64,000 nt of DNA from a virus. This document shows positions 33,631 through 41,287 of the stretch, one piece after another (position 1 is the stretch's first letter; each line of letters opens with the position of its first letter). The notes under the pieces are model-generated. The model had not been told where the DNA came from and searched no databases. It saw nothing but the letters and a program-made list of their open reading frames with translations. The stretch spans positions 1 to 64,000 of IMG/VR virus record IMGVR_UViG_3300020171_000004; one strand, 5' to 3'. A program made the translations under genes and the position numbers.

Positions 33631-33996
33631 ATGTCTACAATCAAAGTTGTATCAAACCAAGCTGTTCGTGAGATCACTGTTACTGAGCCATCCGTTATGA
33701 GTGCATCTACCGTTGAAGAACTGGTAGAGGCTCTTGGTGAGGACCTGGTGGTGAATCAGGTCAAGAATCAGCTCAAAGTATCTTTCCGTGCTGTAGTTCG
33801 CCGCAAACTGGAAGAGAAAGATGATAATGACGAATTTACCAACACTGACGAGGCTATTCTTGCTGAGGATTTCTCTGACTGGAAACCTACCCTGCGCATC
33901 ACCAAGACTGCTGAGGAGAAAGCTCTTGAGGCACTTGGTAATCTGTCTCCTGAGGTTCGTGAGGCTGTCCTTGCAAACTTCAACAACGCTCGTTAA
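33631..33996 (+). CDS. Acidic, probably highly expressed protein, 121 aa, with a C-terminal LSPEVREAVL tail
   Basis: Strong RBS (TAAGGAG) and markedly higher G+C with CTG/CGT/GAG codon preference than its neighbours. It ends LGNLSPEVREAVLANFNNAR. Confidence 0.6.
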   Translation: MSTIKVVSNQAVREITVTEPSVMSASTVEELVEALGEDLVVNQVKNQLKVSFRAVVRRKLEEKDDNDEFTNTDEAILAEDFSDWKPTLRITKTAEEKALEALGNLSPEVREAVLANFNNAR

Positions 33997-34012
33997 ACAG
34001 CATTAAAGTCGT

Positions 34013-34068
34013 GCAGTTCGAGTCTGCTAGGTGACTACGCTGGGTAGCGAGTAAAGGTTCGAGTCCTT
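34013..34068 (+). other. Two tRNA T-arm-like motifs without a cloverleaf (tRNA remnant or tRNA-like 3' UTR structure)
   Basis: gcag-TTCGAGT-ctgc (34013-27) and aagg-TTCGAGT-cctt (34054-68). I could not find matching acceptor, D or anticodon arms. Confidence 0.35.
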
Positions 34069-34096
34069 GATATCAGCAGGTGCTGGGAGTCTGACA

Positions 34097-34118
34097 GCCT
34101 GGAAAGACAGGCACTTTT
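34097..34118 (+). terminator. Rho-independent terminator candidate
   Basis: gcctg-gaaaga-caggc followed by acTTTTaTT. Confidence 0.45.
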
Positions 34119-34167
34119 ATTATAAAATATTTTTGATTCAATCAATTTAACCTTGAGAGGATTTCTC

Positions 34168-34353
34168 ATGGATGAAAAAATAAAAGAATTAATAACATTT
34201 ATAGCAATCAATTCAGAACAAGAATCATCTTTTTTATATCCAAATCCTGGATGGAATATTAATTCACATTCTTTATTAAAGAAACTTCAAGAATTATATA
34301 CTCTTGAAGATAAAGAAATAGATGATATATTAATATTAAATCAACCAGAATAA
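34168..34353 (+). CDS. Hypothetical protein, 61 aa
   Basis: Start moved to ATG 34168 (GAGAGG 7 nt upstream). Confidence 0.4.
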   Translation: MDEKIKELITFIAINSEQESSFLYPNPGWNINSHSLLKKLQELYTLEDKEIDDILILNQPE

Positions 34354-34377
34354 AAATTTTTGAATGGGATTTTTCAA

Positions 34378-35361
34378 ATGGATTATACAGAAAAGATTGA
34401 TTATTCATCCCTATCAACTTACATGGGATGCCCTCGCAAGTTCCTCTTCCAATATATGATGCATCTGCGTCCTAAAGGCAATTCCATTCACCTTGTCTTT
34501 GGTTCTTGCTGGCATTATGGTTTGGAAGTATCATACAATCTTCTTAAAGAACAGCAAAAAGATTCAACAAATAATCCTGCATTAAATGTAATGGATTTAA
34601 CTATTGTTTCTGTTAATGCATTTAACAAACTATGGGCACTTGATGGTGCTCCATTATGGAAGGATGAAGATTTAATTTTTCCTAAGTCTCCAGGCCATGC
34701 TGCGAATATGTATAAGCAATATTGGGAGAGATTTTTAGAGTCAGATCAAAAAAGAGTTCTTGCTGTTGAAGCGCCATTCGCGATTGATCTATCACATTAT
34801 AGATCAAATTTGCCTCGTTATATTGGTCGGATTGATTTAATTCTAAGTGATGGTGATGGGATTGAGATTTTTGACCATAAAACTGCTAAGGCAATCTATG
34901 CAATTACTCCACAAACATTTGAAAATAGTTTCCAGACAGATGGTTATCTTACTGCTGGAAGACTGTTTTATGAGAAGGTTCCAAAAATCACTTATCGAGT
35001 TGCTTTATGTCAGAAAAGTAAGATTGACTTTCAGCCAATTACAATTAGTAAACGCTCAAGTGCAATTGATCATTTTCTGTATGACTTGATATTTTATGTT
35101 GGAAAGATTCAAGAAGATATAGCAATACTTGAAGAAGACAAAGCTCGATGTACAGATCGTTCTGATCTTTTGAAATCATTCTACCGATGCTATGGTCAGG
35201 CTTGTACCAGTTTTATGTCACCCTGCACTTACTTTGATCTTTGCAGAATGAGAAACAATCCTCTTGCTTGGATGGATAAGCCACCTCAAGGATTTCATTA
35301 TGATGCCTGGGACCCGGATGAACATGATGAAAAGATGAGAAAGCGCTTAGCAACAGTTTAA
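34378..35361 (+). CDS. PD-(D/E)XK nuclease of Cas4/RecB type with a Cys cluster
   Basis: N-terminal GCPRKF, the core GRIDLIL...IEIFDHKTAK, the QxxxY-like FQTDGY, and C-terminal CYGQACTSFMSPCTYFDLC (4Fe-4S-type cysteines). Confidence 0.75.
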   Translation: MDYTEKIDYSSLSTYMGCPRKFLFQYMMHLRPKGNSIHLVFGSCWHYGLEVSYNLLKEQQKDSTNNPALNVMDLTIVSVNAFNKLWALDGAPLWKDEDLIFPKSPGHAANMYKQYWERFLESDQKRVLAVEAPFAIDLSHYRSNLPRYIGRIDLILSDGDGIEIFDHKTAKAIYAITPQTFENSFQTDGYLTAGRLFYEKVPKITYRVALCQKSKIDFQPITISKRSSAIDHFLYDLIFYVGKIQEDIAILEEDKARCTDRSDLLKSFYRCYGQACTSFMSPCTYFDLCRMRNNPLAWMDKPPQGFHYDAWDPDEHDEKMRKRLATV

Positions 35362-35387
35362 AGCACAAACATTTAAAGGAGTTTTAA

Positions 35388-35852
35388 ATGGGTAATAAAC
35401 ATTCTTCATTAGCACAAGCTTTTTTATCTGGTTTAGCGCCTAACCTAAACGCTGATGATTGTTGGCCTTGGTTAGGAAATACGAATTATAAAGGTTATGG
35501 TGAATTTTATTTTCAAGGTAATCGTTATAGAACACATCAATTATCTTATCAAATTTTTAATGGAGGAAATGAAAAGAATCTTTTAGTTATGCATACTTGT
35601 GATAATCCTTGCTGTGTAAATCCTAAACACCTAATTTTAGGTACTCATCAGGAGAATATAATTGATTCAGTTAAAAAAGATCGTTGGCATAAAGCAAAAT
35701 TGAATGTTGAGTGTGTAAAAGTTATTAAGTGGATGTTGAAGTATAAGCCTGAAAGAGGTCTTGCATCTAAGTTAGCACGATTACATGGTGTTGGACGATC
35801 AGTGATTTCTGAGATTGCTGCTGGAAAAGTATGGTCTTTTGTTAAAGTTTAA
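35388..35852 (+). CDS. HNH homing endonuclease, 154 aa
   Basis: CWPWLGNTNYKGYG...THQLSY...HTCDNPCCVNPKHLILGTHQEN. Confidence 0.75.
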   Translation: MGNKHSSLAQAFLSGLAPNLNADDCWPWLGNTNYKGYGEFYFQGNRYRTHQLSYQIFNGGNEKNLLVMHTCDNPCCVNPKHLILGTHQENIIDSVKKDRWHKAKLNVECVKVIKWMLKYKPERGLASKLARLHGVGRSVISEIAAGKVWSFVKV

Positions 35853-35867
35853 TTATAGGTGGATAAT

Positions 35868-36659
35868 ATGGAAAATAAAACGAAAACATTAGTTCCACCA
35901 AATAAACAAAGGCTGGCAAATAAAGAGCGGAAATTTAATTTAAAATTTCTACTTACAGGAAATTCAGGATCTGGTAAAACGCATTTTACTGTTACTTATA
36001 CTTCTGGACCGATTCATTATTACATGTTTGACCATGGTGGGGAGAAAACAATTGAAAAGATTGCGGCAAAACGAACTGATATAACACTTGATAATTTTTC
36101 AAGCAGTAAGCAAATGTTCAGTGATTTTTGGCATCAATTCCAGGAAGATGAAAAAGCAGGCTTATTCGATTGGCTTGCAGAAAATAATGGCTTGCTTGTA
36201 ATTGATAGTTTGACGAATGTTAATCTTAAGGCCATTGAAGAAATTGCTAAAAAAGCTGGAGTTACTCCAAGTGGTATTGGCAAGCGAATTGATATGAAAC
36301 TTGGCATGGCTCCACCACATTGGGGTCAGTTGCTTAATTGGATGACTACTTTCGTTAGTACACTACAGGAACTTCCTTGTGCAGTAGCAGTGACAGTTCA
36401 TTTGCATACATTGATGAATTCAAATCAAGAAGTAGTTGGTAGGTATCCAGCAGTTAATGGACAGTTCAGACAGCTTCTGGCATGTGATTTTGATGAAGCA
36501 TATCTGCTGACAACTCAAGGAACTAAACGTCAAATCTTCTTTACAGAAAAACTTAGCTTTGAAGCAAAATCAAGAGTATTTGATATGCCAAAAGTCGAAG
36601 GTATAACGCTCGATCAACTAGCTAAGGCTTATTTAGCTGGCAAGACAACTATTTCATAA
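35868..36659 (+). CDS. Sak4-like (AAA_24/RecA-fold) recombination ATPase
   Basis: Walker A GNSGSGKTH and Walker B LLVIDSLTN. The start is taken at ATG 35868 rather than GTG 35859. Confidence 0.65.
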   Translation: MENKTKTLVPPNKQRLANKERKFNLKFLLTGNSGSGKTHFTVTYTSGPIHYYMFDHGGEKTIEKIAAKRTDITLDNFSSSKQMFSDFWHQFQEDEKAGLFDWLAENNGLLVIDSLTNVNLKAIEEIAKKAGVTPSGIGKRIDMKLGMAPPHWGQLLNWMTTFVSTLQELPCAVAVTVHLHTLMNSNQEVVGRYPAVNGQFRQLLACDFDEAYLLTTQGTKRQIFFTEKLSFEAKSRVFDMPKVEGITLDQLAKAYLAGKTTIS

Positions 36660-36670
36660 AAGAGATTATT

Positions 36671-36928
36671 ATGGCCTGGAGAATATTAAAACAACCTAAT
36701 GGAAAACTTGCAAGATTTTCTGATGTTGTTGATGATTTTACTCATTTTGATATGACTGAAGAAGAAGCAATTGAATTGTGTAGAAAATCTATGGGAGAAC
36801 GTGATGCAAAAGAAAAAGTTTCACGTGCAGAAGAAAATGGAAAGCATTTCTTAGATGAGATTGATACAATTAAAATAGTTCATGGTAAAAAAAGATCTGA
36901 AGAATGTAAAATTGAGTTATCCACATAA
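36671..36928 (+). CDS. Hypothetical protein, 85 aa
   Basis: An intact ATG ORF. Confidence 0.45.
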   Translation: MAWRILKQPNGKLARFSDVVDDFTHFDMTEEEAIELCRKSMGERDAKEKVSRAEENGKHFLDEIDTIKIVHGKKRSEECKIELST

Positions 36929-36942
36929 TACGGAGAATTATT

Positions 36943-37128
36943 ATGGCACGTATGGCAAGACTTATTATTTATGATGCTGATGATCTTTCTTTAACAAAAC
37001 AATTAGCAGGATCTTTGTCTGAAGGTTTACACGAAAAAGGTAAAGTAAGTATTATGATTATCAATCTTGCAGCAGATCCGCTTTTAAATGGTATAGTGCA
37101 AGATTTAACTAAGAAACAAGATGATTAA
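36943..37128 (+). CDS. Hypothetical protein, 61 aa
   Basis: An intact ATG ORF with a GGAGAA RBS. Confidence 0.4.
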   Translation: MARMARLIIYDADDLSLTKQLAGSLSEGLHEKGKVSIMIINLAADPLLNGIVQDLTKKQDD

Positions 37129-37135
37129 CAAGTGG

Positions 37136-37163
37136 GGTCTGAGAATATTTCTTAGATCTTTTT
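37136..37163 (+). terminator. Rho-independent terminator
   Basis: A 10-bp stem (ggtctgagaa / ttcttagatc, two G-U pairs) with a 3-nt loop, followed by T5. Confidence 0.6.
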
Positions 37164-37190
37164 AACAACAAATAAAAAAGGAGTTTTATC

Positions 37191-37616
37191 ATGTCAATGA
37201 TCCCTAACCTGTCCGATATTCCTGACAAAGCACCAGTTGAAGCAGGTGAGTATGATCTTCGAGTTTTCAAGGTAAAGGAGACTAAATCTCAGCGTACTGG
37301 CCGTTATGGTTGTATGCTTGTTTGTGAGATTGATGGTGAAGATAATGCAAATAACGTCTTTCATACACTCTGGTATGGTAATTACAAAGACTTTCAGGGC
37401 GATGATGAAGAAAAGAACAATATGATGTGGAGAATGGTTAAGGACTTCTTGACTTCTCTCGGCCTTGATCCCAATGAGGAGACTGACGAGAGTGATCTTG
37501 TTGGACTTGAGTTCTCTGCTGATTTGAGTTTTAATGATGGAATGAGCACTGATGATGATGGCAATCCTATTAAAGTCGGTCAGCCCCGGAATGAAATTGC
37601 CAGAATTACTGGTTAA
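37191..37616 (+). CDS. DUF669-like single-strand DNA-binding protein candidate, 141 aa
   Basis: The N-terminal pattern PVEAGEYDLRVFKVKETKSQRTGRYGCMLVCEI plus an acidic tail. It lies next to the Sak4-like ATPase, as DUF669 proteins usually do. It has a strong RBS and host-like codons. Confidence 0.55.
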   Translation: MSMIPNLSDIPDKAPVEAGEYDLRVFKVKETKSQRTGRYGCMLVCEIDGEDNANNVFHTLWYGNYKDFQGDDEEKNNMMWRMVKDFLTSLGLDPNEETDESDLVGLEFSADLSFNDGMSTDDDGNPIKVGQPRNEIARITG

Positions 37617-37644
37617 GCGTCAGATCAGTTTAGCTGATTAAACT

Positions 37645-37699
37645 TTGCTGTTCACTTATGAACGAACTGTTGAATGGTTTGTAAGTAAGTGAACAGCAA
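37645..37699. repeat. GTTCA-N4-TGAAC palindrome copy c, nested in an 11-bp long-range inverted repeat
   Basis: The local hairpin is gctGTTCActtaTGAACg (37650-63). ttgctgttcac (37645-55) also pairs perfectly with gtgaacagcaa (37689-99). Confidence 0.8.
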
Positions 37700-37772
37700 C
37701 TTTCTTTTATGTCAGAAGAGTATAAAATCATTTATAATATTCTTAGATAAAAGAAACTTTAGGAGACTTAAG

Positions 37773-37985
37773 ATGAAAATTAAAAAGAAATCAATAAGCT
37801 CTAAACCTGCAACTCCAGCACAGAAAGCTGCCAGAGAACGGAACTGGAACAAGGGTCAAGTTCTTTGCATACGAACTATTGCACATAATATACAAAATTC
37901 TAAAACAACGAATGAAGTAGAAAAAACAATACTTGCTATGACAATAGATTCTTTAACTGCAATACTTGCGCATTGGAATAAATAA
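37773..37985 (+). CDS. Basic small protein, 70 aa
   Basis: Start moved to ATG 37773 (AGGAG upstream). Confidence 0.45.
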   Translation: MKIKKKSISSKPATPAQKAARERNWNKGQVLCIRTIAHNIQNSKTTNEVEKTILAMTIDSLTAILAHWNK

Positions 37986-38278
37986 TGGCAAAGCCCTTAA
38001 ATGAAGCAACCGGAACAAGAGAGCGTATTAAGTATGATGGTGATATAATTTATGTATTTATTTCATGTGAAGCAAAAGAAATATTCATATCTTCAGTAAA
38101 TGATCAAATTCCTAAAGTTGCTGCTATATATGATTCTTTGACTCGAATAATTTCACTTGCTTGGCAGAATAATGATATTGAAAATGTAGTTAATCAATTA
38201 CATAGATCAAGTCGAAGTCAGTTTGATCTCCCAGGATTGCTTGCAGAATTATTAATTCAAAAACAAGAATCAGAATAA
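37985..38278 (+). CDS. Hypothetical protein, 97 aa
   Basis: TAATG overlap with the previous gene. Confidence 0.45.
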   Translation: MAKPLNEATGTRERIKYDGDIIYVFISCEAKEIFISSVNDQIPKVAAIYDSLTRIISLAWQNNDIENVVNQLHRSSRSQFDLPGLLAELLIQKQESE

Positions 38279-38287
38279 GGACAAGTT

Positions 38288-40057
38288 ATGAATAAAACTG
38301 AACTTGAAAAAGCGATAGAAGAAGCTAACATGGCTTACTCTGCAGGTATTCCTTTCATAACTGATGAAGAGTATGATATTCTATGGCAAGCACTTTATGC
38401 TATTGATCCAAATCATCCACTGCTTTATCATACTGCTCAGACTCATCAACAAGTTCATAATAAATCTTGGCACAAGCATCAAATCTTTGGAACAAACAAA
38501 GCATTTGGTATGGAAGATCTTAAGCCATTCTTAATGAGGTTTGGTAGCGAGTGGCTTGTCATTGAGCCAAAATACGATGGTTGTGCAGCAGTTATTGCTA
38601 TGGAGAAATCTGGCCTAACTGTGACTCTTGAAGGTGATGGTAAATGCGGTAGTGATGTTACTCACCTTTTGCCATTCATTAATATTGATTTTCAATTAAG
38701 AAACTTTCAGCCAGTTGAACTTCTTTTACCTATTGCTGAATGGAATCCTGAGTATGGTAAGAATCCTCGTAATGTTGTTGCTGGATGGTTAGCTCGGAAG
38801 TATGAAACTCCTAGTGCTATGATGACAGCAGTTGCTCATAACTTTGGTAACTTATCAAAAGATTATAAGTATGATGGAGATTTAGATTCTCTTGGCGAAC
38901 TGCTTATTGAGACTCATGCAGAATGGTCAAAGATCTATCCTATTGATGGATTGATGCTTAAGATCAAAGATGAAAAGTCTCGCTTGATTGCAGGAAATAA
39001 TGGTACAACGAGTGCTTGGTCAATTGCTTGGAAGCCACCTATTCAAATCAAGGAAACTACTGTTATCGAAAGAGAATGGAATGTATCTCGATTAGGGAGA
39101 GTTGTTCCCACAGTTATTTATACATCAATAGAATTATGTGGAACAACAAATTCTCGTGTAACTTGTAATAATGCAAAATGGTTATTAGATAGAAAAATTC
39201 ATGTAGGGTCAAAGATAACTGTTGGTAAAGCCGGAGAAATAATTCCCAAAATAATTGAAATACAAAATATTAATCCTATTGATGAAACTACATTAGTCCC
39301 AACCAATTGCCCTACGTGCGGAGATTTTCTTGCTTGGGAAGGTGTTCATTTAGTCTGTAACGGTGCAAATTGTATATCTCAAAAGATTGTCTCTATTGCT
39401 TATTTTTACTCAGCAAAAGGTATAAAAGTTGATGGCATAGGCGAGGCAATGATTGAAAAACTCCTGAATAATGCAAATTGTTATAAGGTTTTGATATCTA
39501 AGCCATGGGCATTACTTGATATGGTGTCATATGATCTTATCCCTGATGTGATTGCTGTGCTTGGACAAGTTCTTACCAGTAATATCCTGCGTGATGTTAA
39601 CTTAGTTAATGAAACTAAAAACATGGCGCATTTTATGGCTGGTTTAGGTATTCAAGGATTAGCTTTCAAATCAGCTCTTAAGCTATGTCAATATATTAAA
39701 ACTGGAAAAATGTCTAGTGGAGTGCCAAGTAAAGCAATAGCTAGTTTTTTCGAGGCTGCAAGGCTTTATACAGAAGCTGTAGCTGAAATGAAAGTCTTTA
39801 AGTTTGCTGACATTCCAAGCCCTGCTAAAGCAAAGTACTGCATCACAGGTAGTTTAAGTATGTCTCGTGATGAAATGATTGAATTTCTTGATGATTATAG
39901 TTTCGGCTTTTCTCCTACAGTTACAATGGATACGAATTATTTGATTGTCGGTGATGAGGCTGGAAAGACAAAAATCAATAAGGCTATAAAGTATAATGTT
40001 CCACAGATAACTGAAGCGCAACTAATGAACATAATTAAGGAGAAGTCAAATGAGTGA
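38288..40057 (+). CDS. ligA: NAD-dependent DNA ligase
   Basis: Adenylation motif EPKYDGCA, Zn finger CPTCGDFLAWEGVHLVCNGANC, an HhH region, and a C-terminal BRCT-like segment (KYCITGSL...YLIVGDEAGKTKINKA). Confidence 0.85.
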   Translation: MNKTELEKAIEEANMAYSAGIPFITDEEYDILWQALYAIDPNHPLLYHTAQTHQQVHNKSWHKHQIFGTNKAFGMEDLKPFLMRFGSEWLVIEPKYDGCAAVIAMEKSGLTVTLEGDGKCGSDVTHLLPFINIDFQLRNFQPVELLLPIAEWNPEYGKNPRNVVAGWLARKYETPSAMMTAVAHNFGNLSKDYKYDGDLDSLGELLIETHAEWSKIYPIDGLMLKIKDEKSRLIAGNNGTTSAWSIAWKPPIQIKETTVIEREWNVSRLGRVVPTVIYTSIELCGTTNSRVTCNNAKWLLDRKIHVGSKITVGKAGEIIPKIIEIQNINPIDETTLVPTNCPTCGDFLAWEGVHLVCNGANCISQKIVSIAYFYSAKGIKVDGIGEAMIEKLLNNANCYKVLISKPWALLDMVSYDLIPDVIAVLGQVLTSNILRDVNLVNETKNMAHFMAGLGIQGLAFKSALKLCQYIKTGKMSSGVPSKAIASFFEAARLYTEAVAEMKVFKFADIPSPAKAKYCITGSLSMSRDEMIEFLDDYSFGFSPTVTMDTNYLIVGDEAGKTKINKAIKYNVPQITEAQLMNIIKEKSNE

Positions 40058-40271
40058 AAAGGATTGTAAAGTAACTGCCAGAATTGAGGAAGAATTATAT
40101 ACGATGATACAAGATAATTTCCATCATGGTCAGCAGACATTATTCTTTAGGACTGTGTTTAGATCACTGAAAGAAATTATTAAGGCAGATCGCTTCAATG
40201 ATATTACTGATTATCTTTATAAAGGAAAGCCACTTACTTTACCTGCGATTGATAGCTTTAATAAGGATTAA
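40050..40271 (+). CDS. Small protein, 73 aa, possible RHH
   Basis: KVTARIEEELYTMIQDNF fits a strand-helix pattern. This is weak. Confidence 0.4.
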   Translation: MSEKDCKVTARIEEELYTMIQDNFHHGQQTLFFRTVFRSLKEIIKADRFNDITDYLYKGKPLTLPAIDSFNKD

Positions 40272-40274
40272 GTT

Positions 40275-40766
40275 ATGACTGAAAAAGAAAAACTCGTAAA
40301 GTTCACTCGTGACTTAATGAATAAATGGGTTTTACAAAAGTATTGGAACGGGGAGCCTTGTGAAAGAGCAATAAATCCTGAAGAATTAGTAGATCAATAT
40401 ATTAATGAGCAGAGGAATGTGCATCTTGGTGCAGCAATGTTTTGCTTGATTAATCTTTATAATACTGATATGAACTTTCCTGAGCTTGATGATCGGCCAT
40501 TGAAACAGTTAGAAAAATATAAGGAGAAAACTAAAGATAGGAAGACAAAACCTAATGTAAAGTTTTCTCATGCTTTTGAGTCATTTATCAAGGAAGAATT
40601 TCTTACTCAAGATAGTATAAAAACATTTACTTTAAAAGAATTAGTAGGAAGAACATTAGAAATAACTGCTTTTGATATTAATCCTTTGACTTGTAAAGTT
40701 GATAAATTATATTTTGCTCAGGATTTAAAATCTAATGAAATTTTTCTTTTAGCTGAGGAATTATAA
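40275..40766 (+). CDS. Hypothetical protein, 163 aa
   Basis: An intact ATG ORF. Confidence 0.45.
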   Translation: MTEKEKLVKFTRDLMNKWVLQKYWNGEPCERAINPEELVDQYINEQRNVHLGAAMFCLINLYNTDMNFPELDDRPLKQLEKYKEKTKDRKTKPNVKFSHAFESFIKEEFLTQDSIKTFTLKELVGRTLEITAFDINPLTCKVDKLYFAQDLKSNEIFLLAEEL

Positions 40767-40779
40767 CAGGAGATAAGTC

Positions 40780-41058
40780 ATGCCACTTATGGATCGAATA
40801 TATTGCAAATCATTTCTTGAAATGCATTATACTGAACAGTTAGGTTTAGTTGAAAAAGTCAGAACGATCAGAAGCTCTGCAATGAATGAAGCTCTAGTTA
40901 GTTCTAAGACTATTTCTAAGGCAGGAATAAAAAGAGCATCTGCTAAGTCTGGAAAGACAAGAGCACCAAAAGATATAACTAAGACAGCTAATGCTGCTCT
41001 TGCTAAGTTAAGTCCAGAACAAATCGAATTAATTAAAAAACAATTTGCAGGTAATTAA
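40780..41058 (+). CDS. Basic protein, 92 aa, with a C-terminal LSPEQIELI tail
   Basis: It ends TKTANAALAKLSPEQIELIKKQFAGN, preceded by a Lys/Ser/Arg-rich tract. Confidence 0.5.
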   Translation: MPLMDRIYCKSFLEMHYTEQLGLVEKVRTIRSSAMNEALVSSKTISKAGIKRASAKSGKTRAPKDITKTANAALAKLSPEQIELIKKQFAGN

Positions 41059-41059
41059 T

Positions 41060-41287
41060 ATGAAATTATCATCTAGATATATTATAGGTAATTGGATTAA
41101 TAATAAAGTTAGTCTTATAAATATTGAAAGAGCTTTAGAATTACCTTTTAATAGTTTGATTAATTTTTATAATTCAGAAGGTCCAGCTGAGCCTGGATTA
41201 GAAACATTACTTAATATAATAAATTGTTTTCCAAGTTTACTTGATATAGCAGATAATAAATTTAATATTGAAAATAAGGATAAATAA
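41060..41287 (+). CDS. HTH (XRE-like) protein candidate, 75 aa
   Basis: Start moved to ATG 41060. Contains NIERALELPFNSLINFYN. Confidence 0.4.
   Translation: MKLSSRYIIGNWINNKVSLINIERALELPFNSLINFYNSEGPAEPGLETLLNIINCFPSLLDIADNKFNIENKDK

Noticed and set aside
34004-34095. An intact tRNA gene suggested by two GGTTCGAGTCC-like T-loops.
   Set aside because: I could not find 7-bp acceptor pairing, a D-arm, or an anticodon stem with a 7-nt loop around either T-arm. It is reported only as a tRNA-like motif.
3896-37663. The GTTCA-N4-TGAAC sites as LexA/SOS boxes.
   Set aside because: The geometry is GTTC-N6-GAAC. That is the inverse of the Gram-positive Cheo box (GAAC-N4-GTTC) and is unlike CTG-N10-CAG, so no known LexA consensus fits. 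The sites remain an unexplained motif.
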